Below, in pieces: positions 49,574 through 58,223 of a stretch of 64,000 nt of DNA; position 1 is the stretch's first letter, and the number at the start of each line of letters is the position of its first letter. The stretch lies in NCBI GenBank assembly GCA_948442255.1, contig CAOJRT010000001.1, forward strand, positions 15,919-79,918. The letters run 5' to 3'. This DNA is from an uncultured Bacillales bacterium (lineage in GTDB: Bacteria > Bacillota_I > Bacilli_A > RF39 > UBA660). The notes below the pieces were generated by a model, which was given only the letters and a program-made list of their open reading frames with translations, was not told where the DNA came from and ran no database searches. The translations under genes and the position numbers were made by a program.

Positions 49574-50382
49574 TATTTAATCACATGTCTTATATATTTA
49601 AAAATAAACTTTTTTCTAAAGAGATAGTTAAAGAGCTAAGTCTTACTATTCCTGAGGGGAGTATTGTTTCCTTTATAGGAAAGGATATTTCTTGTTTAAA
49701 AGATTTATTCTTATTAAAGAAAAGACCTAATTTAGGGGAACTTGTTATGAATGGCGTAAAAATAAGAAAAACAAATCATATTAATTGTTATAATGGAATT
49801 GATAAAGCTGTTGGTTTAGTAGAAGATATAACATCCTTAAAAAATAAAACAGTGAAAGAGTACATTGTTTCTACAATAAAAACACAGGAATATGAAGGAG
49901 ACGTGGAAGAACATGTTAAAAATTCTCTTAAAATAGTTGGATTGTCTTTTTCTTTATTAGAAAGAGAGATTGATACGCTTTCTTTTACAGAAAAGAAAAA
50001 AGTTTCTTTGGCTGCTACTTTGTCTTTTAATCCTAAAATGATTATTTTAGATGATTTTGATTATGGATTTACTGCTAGAGAACAAGAATATTTTAAAAAG
50101 TTGTTTTTAAAGCTTAAGAATAAATTTCATAAAACGATTCTTATTTTTAATGGAAGAATTCCTTTTTTGTTTCAACTTGTTGATAATGTATATGTTATTC
50201 ACAAAGGAGAAGTAAAAATTAGGGGAGACAGACAAGTCTTTTATGATTATAATTTATATAGATATATAGATATGCCACAGATAGTATCGTTTACTAAATA
50301 TGTTTTAGAGTCTGGATACGAAATTAATCAATATACCGATATTAAAGAATTAATAAAAGAATTATATAGAAGAATAAAGTAG
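49564..50382 (+). CDS. ECF-transporter EcfA2-like ABC ATPase, degenerate (pseudo-ATPase)
   Basis: Walker A replaced by FIGKDISCLKD; signature LSFTEKKK; Walker B ILDDFDYG; H-loop absent; overlaps ecfA1-like by 10 nt. Confidence 0.6.
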   Translation: MEIIFNHMSYIFKNKLFSKEIVKELSLTIPEGSIVSFIGKDISCLKDLFLLKKRPNLGELVMNGVKIRKTNHINCYNGIDKAVGLVEDITSLKNKTVKEYIVSTIKTQEYEGDVEEHVKNSLKIVGLSFSLLEREIDTLSFTEKKKVSLAATLSFNPKMIILDDFDYGFTAREQEYFKKLFLKLKNKFHKTILIFNGRIPFLFQLVDNVYVIHKGEVKIRGDRQVFYDYNLYRYIDMPQIVSFTKYVLESGYEINQYTDIKELIKELYRRIK

Positions 50383-50392
50383 GGTGGATTAT

Positions 50393-51112
50393 ATGCATTT
50401 TTTAATTACAATTGCTTATGATGGAAGTTGTTTTTATGGTTTTCAAAGATTAAATGATTTAAAGACTGTGCAAAAGACTTTAGAAGAAGCTTTAACTAAA
50501 ATTAATAAAAAGATGGTGTTTATTAAAGGAGCAGGAAGAACAGACAGAGGAGTTCATGCTAACGGGCAAAGGTTTAGTTGTACGTTAGATATTCCTATAA
50601 CGGAGATAGGTTTAAAAAGAGCACTTAATTCCTTAGTGAATCCAGAAATTTATATTAAGGGAGTAAAACAAGTTGATGAAGATATTCATGCAAGATTTAG
50701 TGTGAAAAAGAAAGTCTATGTTTATAAAATTAATTTAGGAGATTTTCAACCTGTGTTGGATCGTTATGTTTATCAGCCTGTTTATCGTTTGGATATTGCA
50801 AAAATGAAAAAGGTAGCAAAACTTTATTTGGGAGTTCATGATTTTCATAACTTTGTTTCTGGAAGTCGATTAAAATCAGAGGCTATTCTATATCGTATTA
50901 CTTTTAAAAGAGAAAGAGATATTTTAAGTATAAGACTTGAAGGAAAAAGTTTTTATCGTTATATGGTGCGTAATTTAGTTGGAATGATGTTAGAAGTAGG
51001 ACGTGGAAAAGAAACTATTTCTAAAGTAAAGGAGATGCTTGTTGAAAAAAGGAAGATAGAGGGACATACGGCTCCTGCTTGTGGCCTTTATTTAGAAGAA
51101 ATATATTATTGA
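50393..51112 (+). CDS. truA: tRNA pseudouridine(38-40) synthase TruA
   Basis: TIAYDGSCFYGFQ and GAGRTDRGVHA catalytic-Asp motif; start at ATG 50393 with GGGTGGA RBS. Confidence 0.9.
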   Translation: MHFLITIAYDGSCFYGFQRLNDLKTVQKTLEEALTKINKKMVFIKGAGRTDRGVHANGQRFSCTLDIPITEIGLKRALNSLVNPEIYIKGVKQVDEDIHARFSVKKKVYVYKINLGDFQPVLDRYVYQPVYRLDIAKMKKVAKLYLGVHDFHNFVSGSRLKSEAILYRITFKRERDILSIRLEGKSFYRYMVRNLVGMMLEVGRGKETISKVKEMLVEKRKIEGHTAPACGLYLEEIYY

Positions 51113-51467
51113 GGTTATTATATGAAAGAATTAGAAAAAAGAATTGAGAAAATAGAAGAAATAGAAGGTAGAAAAGGATAAGGCATGGGAGACTAGTTTT
51201 GTAAGAAGGATTGCTATTTGTATATTGACCTATGTTGTTGTTATTTTTTATTCTTGTATTATAAAAAGTACAAGTAGTATTTTTTTAAGTAGTTTAGTTC
51301 CTGTTATAGGATTTACTTTATCTACACTTTTTTTAAAGGTAGTTCGTAAACTCTGGGAGAAGAGACTAAAGGATTAATTTTTTTTCTGTAAGAAGAGCAA
51401 AAAACTATTAATTTAAAGAGTAACTTGCAAAAACTTTACAAAAAAGGATTAAATTTGAAAGTTTTGT

Positions 51468-51496
51468 TTGACTTTTTGGGGACTTTCTCCTATAAT
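51468..51496 (+). promoter_or_regulatory. rplM-rpsI promoter
   Basis: TTGACT (51468-51473), 17 bp spacer, TATAAT (51491-51496). Confidence 0.5.
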
Positions 51497-51579
51497 TTTA
51501 ACTGGTACATTTTATTTGTTCGATTTTTGTTAGCCTTGGGAAAGTGAAGCAGAAAAGAACGATGGAAGGAAAATTTGAA

Positions 51580-52011
51580 ATGAAAACATTCATGCAAAAG
51601 AAAGAAACTGTAGAACGTAATTGGTACGTTATTGATGCTGAGGGTGTTACATTAGGTAGATTGGCTACGAAAGCAGCTACTGTTTTAAAAGGTAAACATA
51701 AAGCTACTTATACACCACACATTGATTGTGGAGACTACGTAATTGTTGTTAATGCAGAAAAAGTAAAATTAACTGGAAATAAGCTAATGGATAAGAAATA
51801 TTATAACCATAGTGGATATCCAGGAGGATTAAGGGAAAGAAACGCGCAAACAATGATTGAAAAATATCCAGAAGAAATGATTGAAAGAGCTGTTAAAGGT
51901 ATGTTACCTAAAGGACGTTTAGGAAGACAAATGAGTAAGAAGTTATTCGTTTATGTTGGCCCTGAACATCAACAACAAGCACAAAAACCAATCGAAATGA
52001 AAGTTAACTAG
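51580..52011 (+). CDS. rplM: 50S ribosomal protein L13
   Basis: start reset to ATG 51580 ([22 protein letters not shown]); canonical L13 N-terminus. Confidence 0.9.
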   Translation: MKTFMQKKETVERNWYVIDAEGVTLGRLATKAATVLKGKHKATYTPHIDCGDYVIVVNAEKVKLTGNKLMDKKYYNHSGYPGGLRERNAQTMIEKYPEEMIERAVKGMLPKGRLGRQMSKKLFVYVGPEHQQQAQKPIEMKVN

Positions 52012-52022
52012 GAGGTTTATTT

Positions 52023-52439
52023 ATGGCAAAACAAGTATGGAGTGCTACTGGACGTAGAAAACGTTCTGTTGCTCAAGTAAGAATGACTGCTGGTAAAGGA
52101 AATATAACAGTTAATGGAGTAGATGTTAACGAATATATGCCTTTTGCAGTATTAGTTATGGATTTAAAACAACCTTTAGTTGCTACAGGAAATGAAGATA
52201 AGTTTGATATTGAAGTTACTGTTAAAGGTGGAGGATTCTCTGGACAAACAGGAGCTATCCGTTTAGGAATTACTAGAGCATTACTTGCATTTGATGCAGA
52301 TGCAGATCAATCTAGAGAAGATGCTTATCGTAAAGTTCTTAAAACGGCCGGATTTGTTACGAGAGATCCAAGAAGCAAAGAACGTAAAAAACCAGGACTT
52401 AAAAAAGCACGTCGTGCACCACAATTCTCAAAACGATAG
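52023..52439 (+). CDS. rpsI: 30S ribosomal protein S9
   Basis: [13 protein letters not shown]-terminal motif; C-terminal [12 protein letters not shown]. Confidence 0.95.
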   Translation: MAKQVWSATGRRKRSVAQVRMTAGKGNITVNGVDVNEYMPFAVLVMDLKQPLVATGNEDKFDIEVTVKGGGFSGQTGAIRLGITRALLAFDADADQSREDAYRKVLKTAGFVTRDPRSKERKKPGLKKARRAPQFSKR

Positions 52440-52461
52440 GATTACCAATTCGTTCAACCCC

Positions 52462-52492
52462 TATAAACTCAATGTTTATAAGGGTTTTTCTT
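52462..52492 (+). terminator. rho-independent terminator after rpsI
   Basis: CCCCTATAAACTCAATGTTTATAAGGG hairpin followed by TTTTTC. Confidence 0.55.
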
Positions 52493-52530
52493 TGCTTAAG
52501 AATATGTCTAAACCCCATTAAATTTGGTTC

Positions 52531-52563
52531 GTAACCCACAAGTAACCCACAGGTAGCCCACAA
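52531..52563. repeat. three ACCCACA direct repeats at the left prophage boundary (candidate integrase arm-type sites or att region)
   Basis: GTAACCCACAAGTAACCCACAGGTAGCCCACAAATT just upstream of the 3-prime end of the integrase gene. Confidence 0.4.
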
Positions 52564-52588
52564 ATTAGAATAAATAAAAAAAGAGCAG

Positions 52589-53533
52589 TTATCTTAAATA
52601 ATTAACTGCCTCTATAAGTTCTTCTATATCTTTATGTGTATAAACCTTATCAGTTATATCTGTACTAGCATGTCCCATAATTCTTTTAATGCATAATTTA
52701 TTAGCAGGTGTTCTATCCATACGAGTAGCAAAGGTATGTCTTGTGTCATGTGGTTTATGTTCTTTTGAAAATTCTAATTGTTCCATCATGATATCCCATT
52801 TTTCTCTTCTATAATTAGAGTATTTCATTTGAGTACCTAGTGAATTAACTATTAAGTATTCACACCCAACTTCAACTGCTTTATCATAATATCTTTGAAT
52901 TAGTGGTATTATCCTTTTATGAAGTGGTATTACTCTATCTATTCCTGCTTCTGTTTTCATGCCACCAACCATATATTCTTTATCAATATGAACATTTTCA
53001 ATTTTAATATCTAATAATTCACTTATTCTTAAACCAGTATAAATAAGTATCAGTATTGTATCAATAAAATCCATTCTATCGACATTTTCCCATAACTTAT
53101 CTATTTCTACTTCTTCAAATGGTATTCGTACTAATTTGGTCGTTTTTTTGCCTATATCAATGTATTCTGAATATTTTTTCACATTCATATCATTTTTAAT
53201 CGCATAATCATACATTTGATGCCACATAATTTTAAATGCCTTTTTTGCACTCCATTTATCACCCATGCCATCAACTATTGCTTGTAAATGATTTATTCTT
53301 ACATCGACAAATGCCATATCTTTTATATCTTGACAATAGTTCCAACACATATTATAGACTTGATGTGTTTTGTGTGCTATTTTAGGATATTTTTCATCTT
53401 TCCATTTTTCATGAAGTCCCTCAACTGTTATCTTTTTAGCATCAATATCATAAGGGTTTTCATTAAATAATGCTAACTCTTGTAATGCTTGTTGTCTTGT
53501 TTCAAAATAACCAACTGTTTGTCTTTTTTGCAC
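52589..53533 (-). CDS. int: prophage tyrosine integrase
   Basis: catalytic motifs LRISEL, HDTRHTFAT, MGHASTDITDKVYTH; 314 aa. Confidence 0.9.
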   Translation of the reverse strand: MQKRQTVGYFETRQQALQELALFNENPYDIDAKKITVEGLHEKWKDEKYPKIAHKTHQVYNMCWNYCQDIKDMAFVDVRINHLQAIVDGMGDKWSAKKAFKIMWHQMYDYAIKNDMNVKKYSEYIDIGKKTTKLVRIPFEEVEIDKLWENVDRMDFIDTILILIYTGLRISELLDIKIENVHIDKEYMVGGMKTEAGIDRVIPLHKRIIPLIQRYYDKAVEVGCEYLIVNSLGTQMKYSNYRREKWDIMMEQLEFSKEHKPHDTRHTFATRMDRTPANKLCIKRIMGHASTDITDKVYTHKDIEELIEAVNYLR

Positions 53534-53628
53534 ACCATTTTCATCCCATCCAATAGTTTTTCTTACTCTATAAGGTTTTCTTCTATTTCCTGATAATTTT
53601 TCAATAGAGCCGTATTTATTTGGAAGTT

Positions 53629-54132
53629 TTATAGGGCATCACTTCCTCTTCTATTATTTGCCTGTTCTTTATCAGTTGCCCATCTGCAATTATTTGGTTC
53701 ATAGTTACCATTAACATCAATTCTATCAATACTTAAGTTATCTTTATACCCATTATTTATAGCCCATTTATAAAATGTTAAGAAGTCATTTTTCCACTCT
53801 TCACATACATAGATACCACGAGAACCATACCATCTTTTATAATCAGTGTCATTTTTGTTATAACACCTTGATTTCATTTTCGACCATATTCTGTATAATC
53901 TCGTTCCGCACATTCCATGAGTTTTTCTATTTGGTCTATAAATATGATTTTCATGATTTAGACATCCACAACTTTGTTTCTGTCCTCGTTTCAAAACATT
54001 ACTATCAGCAATACATATATTGCCACAATCACATTCGCATTCCCACAAACTTCGGCAATATTTATTTTTACCTTTATATTTAATGACGGTCAATCTGCCA
54101 TATTTTAATCCTGTAATATCTTTATATTTCAT
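53629..54132 (-). CDS. phage protein with Cys-rich zinc-ribbon N-terminus and HNH_3-like C-terminal region (function unknown; lysogeny-module moron)
   Basis: CECDCG...SCGC cluster; [11 protein letters not shown]...[12 protein letters not shown]...[19 protein letters not shown] conserved block; sits between int and cI. Confidence 0.5.
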   Translation of the reverse strand: MKYKDITGLKYGRLTVIKYKGKNKYCRSLWECECDCGNICIADSNVLKRGQKQSCGCLNHENHIYRPNRKTHGMCGTRLYRIWSKMKSRCYNKNDTDYKRWYGSRGIYVCEEWKNDFLTFYKWAINNGYKDNLSIDRIDVNGNYEPNNCRWATDKEQANNRRGSDAL

Positions 54133-54216
54133 ATATCAAAATCCTCCAATTTCCTTGTGTTTTTCTTATGTTTTTGATATAATGAAATAGAAAAATCCAT
54201 AACATTATATCTTATA

Positions 54217-54242
54217 TTTTGTTTTTTAGTTTTGTGGACTAA
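54217..54242. repeat. 26-bp inverted repeat, left arm (TTTTGTTTTTTAGTTTTGTGGACTAA)
   Basis: exact reverse complement of 55710-55735; with it brackets the TM2-cI-cro module. Confidence 0.7.
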
Positions 54243-54289
54243 ATGTGATTTTTCATTTTGACTTACTGTTCGAACAGTAGGTCTTTTTT

Positions 54290-54577
54290 TTATTTTCTAT
54301 AATATCCTTTTATATATTTGCCTTTTTTATTTATATATCCACTTACATAATTATGTTTATTATTATCTTTGAAGTTTTTATCTAAATTATATACACTTAA
54401 ATCATCTATACCTTTATATATTTTAAATGCAATATATATGTCATGAAACCATCCTATAAATAATAAGCCATAAGTAAATAAATATAATATTCCTTTTCCT
54501 ATTTGTTTAGTTGCAAATTTATGTAAACCAAACCATCCACCAAATATACAAAGAATTAGATAAGTTTTTTTACTCAT
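54290..54577 (-). CDS. TM2-domain small membrane protein (possible superinfection-exclusion/moron gene)
   Basis: two TM helices with GGWFGLHKF and GLLFIGWFHD TM2-type motif; co-oriented with cI. Confidence 0.6.
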   Translation of the reverse strand: MSKKTYLILCIFGGWFGLHKFATKQIGKGILYLFTYGLLFIGWFHDIYIAFKIYKGIDDLSVYNLDKNFKDNNKHNYVSGYINKKGKYIKGYYRK

Positions 54578-54579
54578 AA

Positions 54580-55278
54580 TTATTTTCTCAACTTTCTTCT
54601 AACTTCAATGGCAACACCTATTATTTTTACTGGTTTTGTCATTATTTCATATTCATCAAAGTAATAAGGTTCATATTCGTTATTTAGTGGTTTTAAAATA
54701 ATGCTTTTTTCTTGTTTAATTACTCTTTTAAAAGTAGCATCATCACCATTTACCATAACTATACAATCATCACCTGAATTACAATCAGGTTGTTGCTTAA
54801 TTATAACTATATCCCCAGTTTTATAATCAGGGAACATACTATCACCATCAATTTTTAATGCAAAATAGTTATTGTCGCCTTTTAACATAGATGCAGGTAT
54901 TTCTTCATATCCAAGTATATCTTCTATGGCTTCTATTGGAATACCAGCAGGAACTTTGCCAAGTACGGGTATTCTTATTGTCTTTGTAGTAGTTTCTATA
55001 TATCTAGCATTATCTATATTGATATTAGTTATATCTTCTTCGTTATCTGGCAACCAATCTCTATCCATATCAACATCATAACCCATTAACCATGCTTCAC
55101 TTACATTTAATGTTTTTGCTATGATATAAAGTTTATCTTGTTTTGCTTTATAATTACCACTTAAATAATTACTAATTTGTGTTTTAGAAATACCAGTTTT
55201 ATTTGCTAAATCAATAGGTCGCATATTATTATAATTTAATGCTTTTTTTAGTCTATTTGCAAAAGTATCCTCCAACAT
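54580..55278 (-). CDS. cI: CI-like phage repressor (XRE HTH + S24 LexA-type peptidase)
   Basis: HTH in first 60 aa; C-terminal S24 motifs GDSMFPDY...GDIVIIKQ. Confidence 0.85.
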   Translation of the reverse strand: MLEDTFANRLKKALNYNNMRPIDLANKTGISKTQISNYLSGNYKAKQDKLYIIAKTLNVSEAWLMGYDVDMDRDWLPDNEEDITNINIDNARYIETTTKTIRIPVLGKVPAGIPIEAIEDILGYEEIPASMLKGDNNYFALKIDGDSMFPDYKTGDIVIIKQQPDCNSGDDCIVMVNGDDATFKRVIKQEKSIILKPLNNEYEPYYFDEYEIMTKPVKIIGVAIEVRRKLRK

Positions 55279-55319
55279 TTTGCTATCACCCCAATCTCAT
55301 TTACATTATATATTATAAA

Positions 55320-55450
55320 CAATAGTAACGAAAAAAGCAACAATAGTATGACAAAATTATAAAAAAATTAAGAAAATGGTTACTTATTGTATTGACAGTA
55401 ACGAAAAAATATGCTAAATTGTAATTAGGTTAAGAAAAAAGTAACCTAAA
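55320..55450. promoter_or_regulatory. phage immunity region: divergent promoters with repeated AGTAACGAAAAAA operator sites
   Basis: AGTAACGAAAAAA at 55324-55336 and 55397-55409 (second overlapping TTGACA-17-TAAATT); AGTAACC at 55438; further AGTAACGAAAATCGTAACC at 55686-55704. Confidence 0.5.
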
Positions 55451-55476
55451 CAAAATACAAGAAAGAAGGTGTGAAA

Positions 55477-55713
55477 ATGATTTTTGATTATTCCAAATTT
55501 AAAGGTAAAATTAGAGAGTTAGAAATGACACAAAATGAATTTGCAAAAAAAATTGGTATTTCTGAACAGACTCTAAATTTAAGATTTAAAAATTTAAGAC
55601 CATTTACTCAAACAGAAATATTTAAAACAATGAAAATTTTTAATGAACCTCTTGAAAATGCAAAAATATATTTTTTTACAGAAAAAGTAACGAAAATCGT
55701 AACCAAAAATTAG
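55477..55713 (+). CDS. cro: Cro-like XRE-family HTH protein
   Basis: HTH MTQNEFAKKIGISEQTLNLRFKN; divergent from cI; start at ATG 55477 after GAAGGTG. Confidence 0.7.
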   Translation: MIFDYSKFKGKIRELEMTQNEFAKKIGISEQTLNLRFKNLRPFTQTEIFKTMKIFNEPLENAKIYFFTEKVTKIVTKN

Positions 55714-55735
55714 TCCACAAAACTAAAAAACAAAA
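55710..55735. repeat. 26-bp inverted repeat, right arm (TTAGTCCACAAAACTAAAAAACAAAA)
   Basis: reverse complement of 54217-54242; overlaps the cro stop codon. Confidence 0.7.
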
Positions 55736-55761
55736 AAACAAATTATAAGAAAGGATTTTTT

Positions 55762-55950
55762 ATGAAAAAGATAACAATTAAAGAAGCATCAAAATTGATG
55801 CATAAATCACCACAATTTATAAGAGTGGGATTACAAACTGGCAGATTGCCATTTGGTACTGCAGTTAAGGTTAAAGAAAGATGGAACTACCTTATTTACC
55901 CTGAATTGTTTTATCAATATTTAGGTATTAAGGAGGTTCAACATGATTAA
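55762..55950 (+). CDS. excisionase-family HTH DNA-binding protein (putative)
   Basis: small basic protein with ITIKEASKLMHKSPQFIR HTH-like segment. Confidence 0.45.
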   Translation: MKKITIKEASKLMHKSPQFIRVGLQTGRLPFGTAVKVKERWNYLIYPELFYQYLGIKEVQHD

Positions 55951-56167
55951 TAAAATTAAAAATTATATTAGTGAGCATCCACTAGCAATTATTATTTGTA
56001 TTGCAGTTTTAATTATTATTCTTCTATCAAATATTCTTGAAAATGATATGGAAACACACATTGAAAAAGTATCTAAAGAATGTGCATCACAAGGTTATGG
56101 TATTAAGGCATATTACACCAATCAAGGCGATAAATTCTATAAATGTGATAAGGATGGTGATAAATAA
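55943..56167 (+). CDS. small phage membrane protein
   Basis: one TM helix LAIIICIAVLIIILL. Confidence 0.3.
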   Translation: MINKIKNYISEHPLAIIICIAVLIIILLSNILENDMETHIEKVSKECASQGYGIKAYYTNQGDKFYKCDKDGDK

Positions 56168-56418
56168 TGTCTAATAAGAAAAGTCAAATATCAGAGATTA
56201 TTCACCATTTAAGAAAATATAAATCGATTACTTCAATGGAAGCAATTAAAAGATTTGGTGCAACTAGATTATCAGGAATTATTTATGTTTTAAAAGAACG
56301 AGGTTTTGGTATAGAAACTGAATTAGTAGAAGTTAAAAATAGGTATGGTCATATAACAAGGGTTGCGGTTTATCACCTTGTAAAGGATATCGATGATGAG
56401 GGAGGTGAAAATTTATGA
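56167..56418 (+). CDS. small winged-helix-like DNA-binding phage protein
   Basis: 83 aa, basic; helix-turn-helix pattern ITSMEAIKRFGATRLSGIIYVLKERG. Confidence 0.4.
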   Translation: MSNKKSQISEIIHHLRKYKSITSMEAIKRFGATRLSGIIYVLKERGFGIETELVEVKNRYGHITRVAVYHLVKDIDDEGGENL

Positions 56419-56523
56419 TTTTAAAAATTTTAGAATTTTTTGGAATTGTAATAATTGTTTTATTGGGGGGATTTATAGTTGCAGTCTTATGTAAAAAGAT
56501 TTTACAAGAGTTAAGAAAGTGAA

Positions 56524-57411
56524 GTGTTATACATGAGTACATACAACAAAACAAAATTCTATTGGTTGCAATTGAAAGAAGATTTTTTTGATGATGATGC
56601 AATACAATGGCTAGAAGAACAACAACCTAAAGGAAAAGAATATGCACTATTTTATTTAAAACTATGTTTAAAATCATTAAAAACAAATGGTATTTTAATC
56701 AGAAGTGTTGGGAATTTTTTAATTCCTTATGACAATAAAAAATTAGCAGAATTAACAAAAACAGATTTTGACACAGTTACAATCGCTATGGAACTATTAA
56801 AAAAAATAGGTTTAATTCAATTGCTTGACAATGGTGAAATTTATATAAGCCAACTCGAAAATCTTATTGGTTCTAAATCAATTGGTGCATTTAAAAAAGA
56901 GCAACAAAGAATGTTAAAAGATAAAGGTGGACAATTGTCCACAGAATGTCCACCAAAGATAGAAATAGAACAAGAAAAAGAATTAGAAATAGAACAAGAA
57001 AAAGAATTAGAAATAGAACAAGAAAAAGAATTAGAAATAGATAATAATATTGCTCTTCCTGTACCAACTTTACCATCAAAAAAAGATTTACAAATACAAT
57101 ATGAAAAAGAATTTAATAAATTATGGGAATATTACCCAAATAAAAAAGGTAAAGACCAAGCCAAAAATAAATATATACTTGCTAGAAAACAAGGTACGAC
57201 CTATGAAGAAGTTTCACAAGGACTTAAAAATTATTTAAATTACATTAAATTAGAAAATATAGAACTCAAATATATAAAGCATGGTTCTACATGGTTTAAT
57301 CAAAAATGTTGGAATGATGACTATAAGATAACAAATTCATCTACTAAAAAAAATGATGAACAATGGGCATTATTGAAAGGAGTTTATGATGGAACAATCA
57401 AAGTTAATTAG
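56524..57411 (+). CDS. phage replisome organiser / replication initiation protein
   Basis: N-terminal WLQLKEDFFDDD...YALFYLKL block typical of phage replisome organiser N-domain; internal IEQEKELE x3 from DNA iterons. Confidence 0.65.
   Translation: MLYMSTYNKTKFYWLQLKEDFFDDDAIQWLEEQQPKGKEYALFYLKLCLKSLKTNGILIRSVGNFLIPYDNKKLAELTKTDFDTVTIAMELLKKIGLIQLLDNGEIYISQLENLIGSKSIGAFKKEQQRMLKDKGGQLSTECPPKIEIEQEKELEIEQEKELEIEQEKELEIDNNIALPVPTLPSKKDLQIQYEKEFNKLWEYYPNKKGKDQAKNKYILARKQGTTYEEVSQGLKNYLNYIKLENIELKYIKHGSTWFNQKCWNDDYKITNSSTKKNDEQWALLKGVYDGTIKVN
56957..57042 (+). repeat. 3.5 x 24-bp tandem direct repeats (putative phage ori iterons) inside the replisome-organiser gene
   Basis: ATAGAACAAGAAAAAGAATTAGAA repeated perfectly at 56965, 56989, 57013. 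Confidence 0.7.
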
Positions 57412-57808
57412 TTGTGTCATTGCTAAATTAAAAATAGCATATCCTTATTATTTCAATAAATTATCAAAAGAAGATTTTGTTGGAATGGTTACTATGTATC
57501 AAGAATATCTTGGCAATCTAAATCCAAATGCTTTAATGATGACTTTAAAAAAAATAATAAAGAAAGAAGAATATATGCCATCTATACCGACAATTTTAAA
57601 CACATACAGAAAAGAAGCCTGTTCGTATTTTGTTGAATTGATAAATAATACTGATGCAGATGTAGAAGATAAAAAATATTTAGAAAGTATGGCAGAATGG
57701 TATTCATTGCAAGAAGATTATCCAAGCGATTTTTTAAAAAGAATTAATGAGTTGGAACAAATAAAATTAAAAAGTAATAAAAAGGAGGCTTTACCTTATG
57801 ACAATTAA
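57386..57808 (+). CDS. hypothetical phage protein (140 aa)
   Basis: ORF track; overlaps upstream gene end. Confidence 0.4.
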   Translation: MMEQSKLISCVIAKLKIAYPYYFNKLSKEDFVGMVTMYQEYLGNLNPNALMMTLKKIIKKEEYMPSIPTILNTYRKEACSYFVELINNTDADVEDKKYLESMAEWYSLQEDYPSDFLKRINELEQIKLKSNKKEALPYDN

Positions 57809-58223
57809 AGAATTATCACAATATCATAATGTTAAAATTGAAATTCAACAAACAAAAGATAACATTGAAGAAATTGAAACTACAATAATTGGTTCTTCTA
57901 AAATTACAGGTATGCCGATGGTGTCAAGTGGTAATAATAGCAATCCTACTGAAAGAATAGGAATAAAATTAGCAAAATTAAAAACAACATTAGAAAATAA
58001 AAAAGATAAGTTGCTTGATGAGGCAACTAAAATAGAAGAATTTCTAAATACTGTTGAAGATGGTGAAATTCGTATTATTATTAGAAAAAGATTTTTAGAG
58101 GGTAAAACATGGAAAGAAGTAAGCAAAGATATTATTGCTGATAGGTCAACCCCATACTACAAATTAAAAAAATATTTAAAAGGGAGGTCTGCATCAGATG
58201 ATAAAAATAAAAAGAGCAATTGA
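57798..58223 (+). CDS. putative phage transcriptional regulator with sigma-70 region-4-like HTH (ArpU/DUF1492-like)
   Basis: C-terminal IIRKRFLEGKTWKEVSKDI resembles sigma region 4 HTH; typical position before late genes. Confidence 0.45.
   Translation: MTIKELSQYHNVKIEIQQTKDNIEEIETTIIGSSKITGMPMVSSGNNSNPTERIGIKLAKLKTTLENKKDKLLDEATKIEEFLNTVEDGEIRIIIRKRFLEGKTWKEVSKDIIADRSTPYYKLKKYLKGRSASDDKNKKSN

Noticed and set aside
52531-52563. ACCCACA triple repeat as a CRISPR or tRNA fragment
   Set aside because: Only 7-bp units with 3-5 bp gaps and no tRNA-like cloverleaf; more consistent with integrase arm-type sites at the prophage edge
54250-54290. Hairpin GACTTACTGTTCGAACAGTAGGTC + T8 as terminator for the TM2 gene
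   Set aside because: The U-tract is on the plus strand while the adjacent genes are on minus; on the minus strand the hairpin is followed by A-rich sequence, so it is not a convincing terminator for those genes
56957-57042. 24-bp tandem repeats as a possible CRISPR array
   Set aside because: There are no spacers (units are directly adjacent and identical), the repeats lie inside a coding frame, and there are no cas genes; interpreted as replication iterons
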